From Carcharhinus amblyrhynchos (taxonomy: Eukaryota): a stretch of 64,000 nt of DNA. Numbering within the stretch: position 1 is the stretch's first letter; each line of letters begins with the position of its first letter. The translations under genes and the position numbers were made by a program. Under the pieces are notes generated by a model. The model ran no database searches. It saw nothing but the letters and a program-made list of their open reading frames with translations, and had not been told where the DNA came from. The stretch is taken from NCBI GenBank assembly GCA_965287045.1, contig OZ336876.1, positions 22,506,001 to 22,570,000 of the forward strand, given 5' to 3'. Positions 37,590 to 48,654 of this stretch are shown here, piece after piece.

Positions 37590-39310
37590 AACTGTGCTCC
37601 TTGGAGAGAAGAAGGCTAGGCGGAAATTAGATATAGGTGCTTAAAATCATGAGGGCACTAGACAGAGTAAATAGGGAGAAAATGTTCCCTCTCCAATCTA
37701 TTCTCATAAGTGAAGTTTCTCATCCCTGGAACTATTCTTGTAATTTTTTTCTGCACTCTCTCCAATGTGTTCACATCCTTCCTATAGTGTGGCACCCAGA
37801 ACTTTACACATTCAGTTAAAGTCTAACTCACGTCTTGTATAAGTTCAGTATAACTCCCTTGCTCTTGTACTCCAAGCCTCTATTAATAAAGCCCAGGATA
37901 CTGCATACTTTTATTCATTGCTCTCTCCATCTTCAATGACCTATGAATATATACATCCAGATCCCTCTGCTCCCCTTAAGAATCTTACCTCTTATTTTGT
38001 GTTGTCTGCCCATGTTCTTCCTACCAAAATGCATCACCTCACACTCTTCTGCATTGAAGATCATCTGCATGAAGATCATTGGCAGCATGGTAGCACAGTG
38101 GTTAGCACTGCTGTTTCATAGTGTTAGGGACCTGGGATCAATTCCTGGCTTGGGTCACTGTCTTTGTGGAGTTTGCACGTTCTCCCTATGTCTGCATGGA
38201 TTTCCTCCAGGTGCTCGGGTTTCCTTCCACATCCTGAAAGATGAACTGGTTAGGTGCATTGACCCAGATGTGGCAACTAAGGGAACGTCACAGTAATTTC
38301 ATTGCAGTGTTAATGTAAGCCTTACTTGTGACTAATAAATATACTTTAGTTTCTTACTTTATCTGCCCAATCCACCAACATGTCTCTATCCCTTTGAAGT
38401 TATACGCTGTCCTCTTCCCAGTTTATTAAACTTCCAAGTTTCCTATCATCTGTAAAATTTGAAATTGTCCCCTGCACACTAAGATCTAGATCATTAATAT
38501 ATATCAGGAAAAACAGGAGGATACAAAGAGTCTCCAATGGGCTAGAAATGTTAAGTGAATGAGTAAAAAATTGGCAAATGGAGTACAATGGTAGAAAGAG
38601 TAGAAAAGCAGAAGATTATTTAAATAGAGAGATTGCAGAATGCTACAGTACAGAGGGATTTGGGGGTCCTCACAAAAGATTAGCATGCAGGTAAAGCAAA
38701 TAGAAAGTGACTTTTATTGAAGAGGGGTGGAGTATATAAAACCTGATATAGCTATATAGGACATCTGTGCAACTGCACATAGAATACTGTGTCTAGTTTG
38801 GTCTCTTAAGCTGGGAGATACTTGCATTTGAAGTAGCTCAAAGAAGGTAAGGCAGATTCCCGGGATGAAGAGGGTTGTCTTATGAAGAAAGGTTGAACAG
38901 TTTGGTCTTATTGGAATTTAGAAGAACGAGAGATGATCTTGTTAAAACAAGTCAGATTCTTGTTGGGTGCACGATGGAAGGATGTTTCTGCTTGTGGGGC
39001 TATCTCGGACTAAGGGTCACAGTTTCAAATTAAGGGCTCTCCAATTTAAGATGGACAAGATGATGATTTTTTTTTCCCAGAGGGTTGTTCATTTTTGGAA
39101 TTCTTTTTCACAAAGAAAAGTGGAGGTTGTGTCATTGAATGTATTCAAAGCTGGATTAGGCAGATATTTGGTCGATAAGGAAGTGAAGAGTTATGAAGGA
39201 CAGGTAGGAAAGTGGAGTTAAGGCAAATAACCTGATTAGCCATGATATTATTGAATGGTGGTGTAGGATTTTTGCGCCAATTTGCTGCCTCCTGTTCCTA
39301 TTTCTTATGA
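37590..39310. mobile_element. Rearranged old CR1 fragments (both strands) with an alternative-tail V-SINE at 38081-38348 (+)
   Basis: CR1 RT peptides in ORFs 37637, 38400 and 38967; SINE head GGCAGCATGGTAGCACAGTGGTTAGCACTGCTG. Confidence 0.8.
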
Positions 39311-39376
39311 TTTGGTTCTGACATGACCTGATTTATTTGGTGGTGGAAATGAGAACATGTTGAAATATTTGCACAG

Positions 39377-39475
39377 TTGACAAAGAAAGGGTTCGATTTA
39401 GCCAATCTGGATACTTTGGTGCCTGTCACTGAAGTGGAAATGGACTCTGACCCAATCTGTCTTGAGCCCCCACAG
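39377..39475 (+). CDS. Putative internal exon (LTKKGFDLANLDTLVPVTEVEMDSDPICLEPPQ, phase 0 to 0)
   Basis: atatttgcacag acceptor, CAG|gtatat donor, exactly 99 nt open frame, unique sequence between repeats. Confidence 0.7.
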
Positions 39476-39889
39476 GTATATATAAAAACCTGAGACGGAT
39501 CAATAGTGATTTCAGAAAAAAAATGGGCACACGGGCATACAAAAAGAAAGTGAAGATTGAAGATGATTGTACTGCAAAATAGACTGTTCCCAAAACTTTT
39601 CTAACCTGCAGTACAGCAGCATCAACTCAGCACATTGATGACAGTGTTATCTATAACTCAAAATTTCACCACAGGATCTAAATTACTGCACATGGCCTTT
39701 GACAATATACTTGTACAGGAGATGGAAGAAAAGCTGTGATTGAATAGAATGCCAAGAAATAAAGTGCAATTTATTTAGGTTGCTATCTTGCAATACAAAA
39801 AGCAATAGAATTAGATTTCTTTTTTTTTATTCTTGTCAGTTTTGCTGTAAAAGCAAAACCATTGACTGATCACCTACAGCGGACAGGTA

Positions 39890-40200
39890 TGACACGTGGC
39901 ACAGTGGTTAGCACTGCTGCCTCACAGCACCAAAGACCTGGGTTCAATTCCAGCCTTGGGTGACTATCTGTGTGGAGTCTGCACGTTCTCCCTGTGTCTG
40001 CATGGGTTCTCTTCAGGCGCTCCAGTTTCTTCCTAAAAATCTGCGGGTTAGGTTGATTGACCACGCTAAATTGCCCCTTAGTGTCAGGGTGATTAGCAAC
40101 ATAAATTCATGGGGTTATGGGGCTAGGACCTATGTGGAATTGTTGTTGGTGCAGGCTTGATGGGATGAATGAACTCCTTCTGTACTGTAGGGACTCTATG
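39890..40200 (+). mobile_element. HE1/V-SINE-type SINE
   Basis: A-box TGGCACAGTGG, B-box GGTTCAATTCC, CR1-like tail. Confidence 0.9.
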
Positions 40201-40893
40201 ATAATTTGTAAAGCATGTAACTGTGGATGACAATAGTATATCACAAAGGTGCAGCTTTGTGGACAATTTAAGAACACAAGTAGAAACTAGAGCAGGAGTA
40301 TGCCATGCATCCTCTCCAGTCTGCCGACCTTCGAACTCAACTTCATTTTCCAGTTTGATTCCTGTATCTCTTGATTCCCTGAGAACCTAAACATCAATTG
40401 ATCTCAGCTTTGAAAATATTCAATTATTGAACATCCATAGCCTTGGGTTGAGAATTCCAAAGAAGAATAACCGTCTAAGTGAAGAAATATCTTCTCATCT
40501 CTGTCCTAAGTAGCTGACTCTGTTGTACTGAGGTGATGTCCCTTATTTCTTGCTGCAATTTTCTGTTCATTGAGGATGCAGGATCCTAAAGCCTCTGTTA
40601 GGCCCCCATCCTTTTTCCCTCCTTTTCCTCATAGGCCATACCTCAGGGATGTTACCAGCAAGGAAACTGGAAGGGAAGCAACAAGCTGCCTGAAGAGAAA
40701 TAACAAGTGCTAGTTGCGCACCTGAATTTTTCAGCCAACAAGTACTCATTGTGGTTGATCCATACTGAGTTGTTTTACATTTGTATCACCTGGTACGTGC
40801 TGAAAAATAGGTGTGCACAGACTTACCTGCCCCAGAGACTTATCTTCCCGATTAAAGATCAAAGACTAAAGCACTATTTTTATTATCCTTTAG

Positions 40894-40918
40894 GGGCAGA
40901 GTTGCTCTGCGCACCAAG
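40894..40918 (+). CDS. Putative 25-nt micro-exon (GQSCSAHQ-G, phase 0 to 1)
   Basis: Strong acceptor ctatttttattatcctttag with an upstream ctaaa branch-like site; AAG|gtaggt donor; phase bridges the 39377 exon and the terminal exon. Confidence 0.6.
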
Positions 40919-41309
40919 GTAGGTTGTAACAGAAGTAATTTATATTTTTATAGAATCTTCGCACATTCTCAAGATGTCCCATCCCAAAGCAATTTGCAGC
41001 TACGTAGTTAATAGTTGTTATGCAAATTAAAATACCAGGCAATTTTCTGACACCAAGATCCCACCAATGGCAAATAAGAGGAAAGGCAAGTTAAAACTGT
41101 TTGGTGTATTGGTTGAGGGAGAACTGTTAACATTGGGAGAACTCTCTTTTCTTCAAATAGTATCGCAGTCCGATGTCTCAACTGAACTTTTTTTTAGAAC
41201 ATGTCATACATCAGTTTTAAAAGAATAAAGAAAATCTTTCCTGGACAATTTGCCAGGCGCTGCATTAGTGCAATGTGGACTAATCATCCCCTTTGTCGCT
41301 TGTATATAT

Positions 41310-43134
41310 ATATATATACAACGAAGAAGAGACTGGCTAGAGTGAATGTTGGACCATTAGAGGATGAGAGGGGGGGATTTAGTGGTGGGTGACGAGGAAA
41401 TGGCTGAGGCTTTAAGTAAGTTTTTTGTGTCGGTCTTCACGGGGGAGGACACAAATAGTTTGCTGAATATTAAAGATAGAAGGATGGTAGGAGATGAAGT
41501 CCTTAATGCAATTACTGTCACTAGGTAGACTAAGGTGACTGTAGATGGTCAAGTCCCCGGGACCAGATGGAATGCATCCCAGGGTTCTGAAAGAAATGGC
41601 TGAGGTGATAGCGGACGCCTTAGTAATTATTTATCAAAATTCGCTGGACTCTGGGGAAGTGCCGGAAGATTGGAAAATGGCTAATGTTACGCCACTGTTT
41701 AAAAAAGGTAGCAGACAAAAGGCAGGGAATTATAGGCCGGTTAGTTTAACATCCGTAGATGGGAAAATGCTAGAATCCGTCATCAAAGAAGAAATAGCAA
41801 GGCACCTAGAAAAGAATGGTTTGATCAAGCAGACGCAGCACGGATTCGTTAAGGGGAAGTCGTGTTTAACGAATTTATTGGATTTCTATGAGGATGTGAC
41901 TTATGCTGTAGACAGAGGGGAACCGGTGGATGTGGTGTTTTTAGATTTCCAGAAGGCATTTGATAAGGTGCCTCACAAAAGTTTGCTGCAAAAGGTTAGG
42001 GTGCACGGAGTTGGGAGTAAGGTGTTAGCGTGGATAGAGGATTGGCTGTCTAATCGGAAGCAGAGAGTTGGAATCAATGGGTGCTATTCTGGTTGGCAGT
42101 TGGTGACTAGTGGAGTGCCGCAGGGATCAGTGCTGGGGCCTCAACTGTTTACCATTTACATAGATGATCTGGAGGAGGGGGCTGAATGTAGGGTAACGAA
42201 ATTTGCTGATGACACGAAGATGAGTGGAAAAGCAAATTGCGTGGAAGGCGCGGAAAGTCTGCAGAGAGATCTGGATAGGCTGAGCGAGTGGGCGAGGACC
42301 TGGCAGATGGAGTATAATGTTAGCAAGTGTGAGGTTATCCACTTTGGTAGAAATAATAGTAGGAGGGATTATTATTTAAAGGGCGAAAAGCTGCAGCATA
42401 CTACGGTGCAGAGAGACCTGGAGGTCCTTGTGCACAAGTCGCAAAAACCCAGTCTGCAGGTGCAGCAGGTGATCAAGAAGGCGAATGGAATGTTGGCCTT
42501 TATAGCGAGGGGGATAGAATATAAAAGCAGGGAGGTCTTGCTGCAACTGTACAGGACACTGGTGAGGCCGCAACTGGAGTACTGTGTGCAGTTTTGGTCG
42601 CTGCATTTGTGAAAGGATATATTGGCCTTGGAAGGAGTGCAGAGGAGGACACGAGGCTGATACCAGAGATGAAAGGGTTAGCCTATGAGGAGAGATTGAA
42701 TAGACTGGGTCTGTAATTGTTGGAATTTAGAAGGCTGAGGGGGGACCTTATAGAGACATATAAAATAATGAGGGGGCTAGATAGGGTAGAGGTAGAGAGA
42801 TTCTTCCCGCTTAGAAAGGATAGCAGAACTAGAGGGCACAGCCTCAAAATAAGGTGGGGGCAGTTTAGATCGGAGTTGAGGAGGAACTTCTTCACTCAAA
42901 GGGTGGTGAGTCTCTGGAATTCTCTGCCCAATGAAGTGGTGGAGGCTACCTCGCTAAATATATTTAAGTCACGGGTAGATAGGTTTCTGATAGACAGGGA
43001 ATTAAGGCTTATGGGGAGAAAGCGGGAAAGTGGAACTGATCCACTTCAGATCAGCCATGATCTTATTGAATGTTGGGGCAGGCTCGAAGGGCTAGATGGC
43101 CTACTCCTGCTCCTATTTCTTATGTTCTTATGTT
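41310..43134 (+). mobile_element. Young 5'-truncated CR1 LINE (about 1.8 kb) with premature stop
   Basis: 355-aa ORF KSPGPDGMHPRVLKE, NYRPVSLTS, DFQKAFDKVPH, GVPQGSVLGP, FADD; TTCTTATGTTCTTATG tail. Confidence 0.97.
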
Positions 43135-43629
43135 GTGCACTGATCTATTCCCATGGCCCAATGACCCTTGACTGCAACCAAAACAATCATGGCATAATCC
43201 AGCAAGAACTGAAATCTGGCATGGTATTGGTCCTGAGGTTATCATTTTGAGACACTGTACCTATTTGGAATTGTTTAATGCACTTCAGTGGTGACAGAAA
43301 GTTAAAGAAAGGACATATAGGCAGTTTTTTTCCAGGAAAGGATTAGAATGTCTCTTTTTAAAAAAACGTATTTATCATTGTAATTAATGTGATTATCATT
43401 TGCCATTCCTCAAATTTCTTTATACAATTTGGATACAAGGGATTTATGAATAGTTAGATCATTGAATGTGTCCTGATAGGATAACTAAACCGTCTTTACA
43501 AATGTGCACCAACCTAAGTAGAGAGGGAGAGAGAGAGATAGAGAGAAAATCTAATGTTCATCTTCAGAATTTTACAGAATCACAGAATTGTTGTGGTATA
43601 GAAGGAGGCCATTTGATGCAAAGAGATCA

Positions 43630-44398
43630 AGAGTACATGTTCATAACAAAGAGATCTCAGGGTACATGTTCATAGCCCCTTGAACTTGGAGTCACAGGTG
43701 GACAGAGTGGTGAAGAAGGTCATGCTTGGCATGCTTGGTTTTGTCGGTCAGAGCATTGAATACATGGGTTGGGACGTCTTGTTGAAGTTATACAAGACAT
43801 TGGTAAGGCCACACGCTCAGAATACTGTGTGTAATTCTGGTCACCCTACTATAGAAAGGATATTATTAAACTAGAAAGAGTGCAGAAAAGATTTACTAGG
43901 ATTCTACCTGGTCTTGATGGAATGAGTCATAAGGAGAGGTTGAATAGACTGGGACTTTTTTCTCTGGAGCATAGGAGGCTAAGGGATGACCTTATAGAGG
44001 TCTATAAAATAATGAGGGGCATAAATAAGGTAGAGAGTCAATATCTTTTCCCAAAGGTGGGGAGTCTAAAACTAGAGGACATAAGTTTGAGGTGAGATGG
44101 GAGAGATACAGAAGTGTCCAGAGGGGCAATTTTACAGAGGGTGGTGAGTGTCTGGAACAAGCTGCCAGAGGTAGTAGTACAGGCAGTACAATTTTATCTT
44201 TTACAATTTTTACAATTTTTATCTTTTAAAGAGCATTTAGATAGTTACATAGATGGGTATAGAGAGATATGGGCCAAATGCGGGCAATTGGGATTAGCTT
44301 AGGGGCTTTAAAATAAAAGGGCGGCATGGACAAATTGGGCCGAAGGACCTGTTTCCGTGCTGTAAACCTCTATGACTCTTTGACTCTATGACTCTATA
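43630..44398 (+). mobile_element. CR1 LINE 3' part (different subfamily, (CTCTATGA)n tail)
   Basis: Frameshifted ORFs 43680-44302 encode the RT C-terminus. Confidence 0.9.
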
Positions 44399-45137
44399 TC
44401 TGCACTGGCTCTCTAAACGAATAATAGGAAGTAGTGTCATTCCCCTGTCTTGCTCAATACCTCTGCTCATTGTTTCTGTTCTAGTAATCATCAAATGCCC
44501 TCTTGAATGCCTCAACTGAACCTGCCTCCACCAGACTTCCAGACAGAGCATACCAGGTGCAGACCACACTTGCTATGTGAAAAAGATTTTAAACATATTA
44601 TAATTGTTTCTTCTGCAAATCACTTTAAATTCGTGCCCTCTCGTCCTTGATCCTTTCATGAATATGAATTATTGCTCCCTATCTACTCTGTCCAGCCCCT
44701 GCATGATATTGAATATCTCTGTCAAATCTACATATGTAGAAATTTATTAATAATATTGTGCATGGCATAAGATCTGGTTCAAATTTTGTGACAATGGAAT
44801 AAACCATACCTCATTCTTAAACAGGGAAATATACTTAGAAATCACAATTTTTATGAAAGGCCAAAACTAATTAAGGTGGATCATCACAAATCAGAGTCCC
44901 CAATTAGCTAATAAACATTTGGAAGGACTGGGGGGATTTTTCCAAACCAGTAGCTGAAAAGGAGACAGGAACAGAGAACCACATCTCCAGTAAGATGTTT
45001 GCAATAAGTATTTATTGTAAGCCACTGCAAGAAGAAGTCTGAGCTGATTAACTGCTTTGTTGTTTAGTGTTAAAGGTCTGCTGAAAGGCCCCTATTACAT
45101 AAATCAACTGGATTGCAGTGTGTTCTGATTGTAATTG

Positions 45138-46310
45138 ATGTTACTACTGGATGGGAAGACCCCATCCAGTGGTTCAAAAGACTGTAACTTTTAATTTTTT
45201 TTTTAGAAAATATGGAGGAACAGAGTCACAGAGTCATAATTAGCTTTTAACCAAAAAAAGTTATCAAGCATGACAAGTTTGACTACAATACAATACTCCA
45301 CTCCCACTTACGTTCACTAATGTTCACAGATTTTAAGGAAAACACAGGTTGCAAAATATATTTTATGCTATAATAATCTTGCTAAATACACAGTTCCTTT
45401 ACACCCACAAGCTTACTGTGGTAAGATACACTCCACTCTGAAACCAAGTGGATGATGCTACCTGATTGAACTTCTGTAGTGTTCTTCTCAAATCCCCCCA
45501 GATGATTCTTAAACTTGGGGCAGCTTATCTCATTAGACTTTGGCTTCCACATGAATGATTTCAAGCGTCACTCTCAAAAAGATAGACTTTAAAATCTTCT
45601 TTCAACTCCTCCCAACAATGATCCACTTCCAGGTTTTCCAACTTTGTTGCAGTATTCCTTTGCCTTTCAAGCTTTTACACAAACTCTGAGATCCAGCAAC
45701 CAATTACTTCAACTGTTGCTTTAAAGACTGTAATAAGATATCACAAACATGATGATCACATCAGGTATCTTTAGCTTTTCACTAGCCAACTTCCTCTCAG
45801 CTCTGTCTGTGACTTCATAAATAGTAGTCTGTTCCAATTCCAGTTTCTTTGTTACTTCCTGGAACTTTCTTTTCATTTCATTAATTTCCTTAACTAGCTG
45901 TTCACCTGGCACTCTATTTCTTATCTCATACTTATTGCATGGCTTTTCTTCAAGCAAAGTTGTAAGAGATGTTCCTCTGTCCCTCCAAATCTGCTTCTTA
46001 TAAAATTGAGAGAACTGTTCTCTCTTTAGCTTCCTTGTTTTACCTGCTGTGAATTCAGCTAAAATATAATCTCAAGATTTGTTTCTCCTGATGTAGTCCC
46101 AGTTGCTAAGCAACACCTCATTCTTTCCCCAACTCATCTTTACTTTTCTCTTTGTAAACTCTCTCTCCCAGCACAATAGAAACACACTTTGCAATGAAAC
46201 AACAAACCCCATTCATGCAAACACCTTTGTCTAACATGAATCTAATTAGAGTTTTATCCTTTTCTTGTAGGTTAAAGTTAGAAATATTAACTTTAACCTA
46301 CATAAATCTA
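45138..46310 (-). mobile_element. Possible solo-LTR-like repeat
   Basis: Begins with TGTTA; about 1.2 kb non-coding pyrimidine-rich block resembling shark LTR repeats; the other end and a TSD were not identified. Confidence 0.3.
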
Positions 46311-46872
46311 TACCTTATTTGTAGCATCCAACAATAAAAAATATAGATTAAAATTATCTCTGCTTCCTGACAAATGATCAACAAAAGTGGAACTGTTTTT
46401 ACTTCCTTTCTATTATATAAACACAAACCTTCCAAACTCAGGAGGACAAAGCAGCAGACACACAGTGGGCACATTACCATTTACACGTTCCCTCCAAATC
46501 TACACACTATCCTTGCTTGGAACTACGTCACCTCTCCTTCACTTTCGCTGTGGCCAAAATCATGGAACTCTTTCCCTAACAGCACTTGGGTGTACCTGTA
46601 CCACATGGATTGCAGTGGTTCAAGAAGGTGACTCACCTCTCGAGGGCTGTTAGGGATGGTCAATGACTACTGGCCTTACCAGTGACATATTCCAGGACTA
46701 AATGTAAGAAAAATAATTTTTGCATTCAAATCTCAATCCTCAGGTCAAATCTAGGTAAATAAATGCTTTCATTCAATCAGTGGAGTAAAAATTGTTGACA
46801 AATTATACGTTGTTAAATTCTGTTCTTGTATTATTTATGTTTTGGTAATGCTAATTCAGTTATTTATTTTAG

Positions 46873-46964
46873 TTGCAGAATGCTTTCAAAAATTCAAAAG
46901 ATCTGAGGAAGATGGATTGGAAAATGTTCTGGATTTTTCAATGCAAACTTTAAAAGAAATCTAA
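46873..46964 (+). CDS. Putative terminal coding exon (V-AECFQKFKRSEEDGLENVLDFSMQTLKEI*)
   Basis: Branch point tgCTAAT at about 46851, ttatttattttag acceptor, phase-1 start completing GTT with the upstream micro-exon, TAA stop at 46962-46964. Confidence 0.65.
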
Positions 46965-47625
46965 TTAGTGTTCTGAATTCTGTTCTTTTATAATGGTGTA
47001 ATGCCTAATGTGATGCAAGGTTATTCCCCTTGCATGTATTTGTTTATTTGAAATAACATATTTCATTGATTTTATCAAATGACATACTGGGACATATGAC
47101 TGATTACTTGACATTTTCTACCATAATTATAGCCTAGAACATATAATATTACAGGGAACACTAAGTATAGCAGTTCATCCTGCCGCAGAATCAATGGTTC
47201 AGAGCAAACCTAGCATTCTTAAGCCCCTGTGAAATTGATATTTTTATTTTATTGAAGACAGTTGAGCCAATGGAATTGAAGCACTTTACCTTTAAATCTA
47301 GAAGTTATGCCTGGTGAGAACTTGTGAATTATCAGTTCACTGTTGGTGATGGAACCTAAATTTCATTGCTGGAGGTATCATATTGTTGCATCATATTGTT
47401 GCATACTTAAAACAGGCTGTGAAAAGGATGCTTATAATACAAGTTGTAAAGGCAAAATCTATGAACATGACGTCATTTTAGGTTTTACTTATTCATCCAT
47501 GGGATATGGGCCTCGCTGGCTGGCCAACATTTATTGTGTGGATATGCCGGCGTTGGACTGGGGTAAACACAGTAAAAAGTCTGACAACACCAGGTTTAAG
47601 TCCAACCGATTTATTTGATAGTAAA

Positions 47626-47663
47626 CTCACTAGCTTTCGAGGTTTCCCTCTTCTTCAGGTGAA
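47626..47663 (-). ncRNA. Minimal type-I hammerhead ribozyme motif (core intact)
   Basis: UUCAC-CUGAAGA-A-GAGG-GAAA-CCUC-GAAA-GC-UA-GUGAG: stem I 5 bp, CUGANGA box, stem II with GNRA loop, GAAA box, palindromic AGCU helix III, UH site = UA. Confidence 0.7.
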
Positions 47664-47710
47664 TGACCTGAAGAAGAGGGAAACCTCGAAAGCTAGTGAG
47701 CTTACTATCA

Positions 47711-47716
47711 AATAAA
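47711..47716 (+). promoter_or_regulatory. Candidate polyadenylation signal AATAAA, PLE-derived
   Basis: First canonical hexamer I can find after the stop at 46964; GU-rich sequence (CTGGTGTTGT..TTTTT) lies downstream. Confidence 0.35.
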
Positions 47717-48149
47717 TCGGTTGGACATAAACCTGGTGTTGTCAGACTTTTTACAGCATTTATTGCCCATCCCAGGCAGTTGAGAATCAACCACATTGCT
47801 GTGGCTCTGGAGTCTCATGTAGGCCAGACTAGGTAAGGGTGGCAAATTTCTTTCCCTAAAAGACATTAGTGAACCAGATGGGTTTTACTCTCAATTGACA
47901 GTGGTTTCATGGTCACCAGTAGATTCTTAATTCCAGATATTTTTACTTGAATTCAAATTCTATCATCTGCTGTGGCAGGATTTGAACCTGGTCCCCAGAA
48001 CATTGGCTGAGCTTCTAGATTAATAGTCCAGCAATAATACTACTAGACCATCACCTCCCCTTCCTTCAATGAGATATATAAGAATTAGCTAAACCTGTGG
48101 GATATTTCCTAGTTTTATGACATCTTGTATAGATTGATCTGAATCACGG

Positions 48150-48458
48150 CTTGGTAGCACAGTGGTTAGCACTGCTGCTTCACAGCTCCAGGGACCTGGA
48201 TTCGATTCCAGGCTCGGGTCACTGTCTGTGTGGGTTTCCTCCGGGTGCTCCAGTTTCCTCCCACAGTCCAAAGATGCGCAGGTTAGGTTGATTGGCCATG
48301 CTAAAATTACCCCTTGGTGTCCTGGGATGTGTAGGTTAGAGGGAATAGCGGGTAAATGTGTATGGGGATATGGGGATAGGGCCTGGGTGGGATTGTGGTC
48401 AGTGCAGACTCAATGGGCTGAAGGGCCTGTTTCTGCACTGTCGGGTTCAATGTTCTAT
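48150..48458 (+). mobile_element. HE1/V-SINE-type SINE
   Basis: TAGCACAGTGG A-box, GATTCGATTCC B-box variant, TTCTATG tail. Confidence 0.92.
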
Positions 48459-48654
48459 GAAGTTAAAATTTATTGCATTGAAAGTGTATATCTTGGGATG
48501 AAAGATCCACTAAATTTGCATGTCTCAGAATTGCAGTATCATTGATTATTTATCCAAAGATAATTTGATATAGCTTGGTTTAATGTAATGATATCTTGAT
48601 TACAAAGTAACCTAATTTCTAGTTTTCAATGAAATTGAAATTGAAATTGGCTGT

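Larger units (their letters stand above)
47537..47753. mobile_element. Penelope pseudo-LTR-derived fold-back element with two inverted minimal hammerhead motifs
   Basis: Arms 47572-47660 and 47666-47754 (89 bp, 2 mismatches, 5-nt loop); homologous to the PLE terminus at 4368-4465; flanked by CAACATTTATTG and CAGCATTTATTG. Confidence 0.92.
47488..48060 (-). mobile_element. tRNA-derived SINE (second family, old-CR1-type tail) interrupted by the PLE hairpin
   Basis: Minus-strand head GGGGAGGTGATGGTCTAGTAGTA...GGTTCAAATCC; tail GGGATGGGCAATAAATGCTG continues as ..GCCAGCCAGCGAGGCCCATATCCCATGG beyond the insert. Confidence 0.85.

Noticed and set aside
41545-42612. Long ORFs (248-378 aa) as host genes
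   Set aside because: All are CR1 reverse-transcriptase fragments, 5'-truncated, lacking the endonuclease and followed by CR1 tails
45721-45957. Coiled-coil-like ORF (78 aa)
   Set aside because: Lies in a purine-rich strand of an LTR-like repeat; no splice or domain support
47506-47796. Near-identical peptides on both strands (ORFs 47506+ and 47611-)
   Set aside because: A by-product of the palindrome, not evidence of coding
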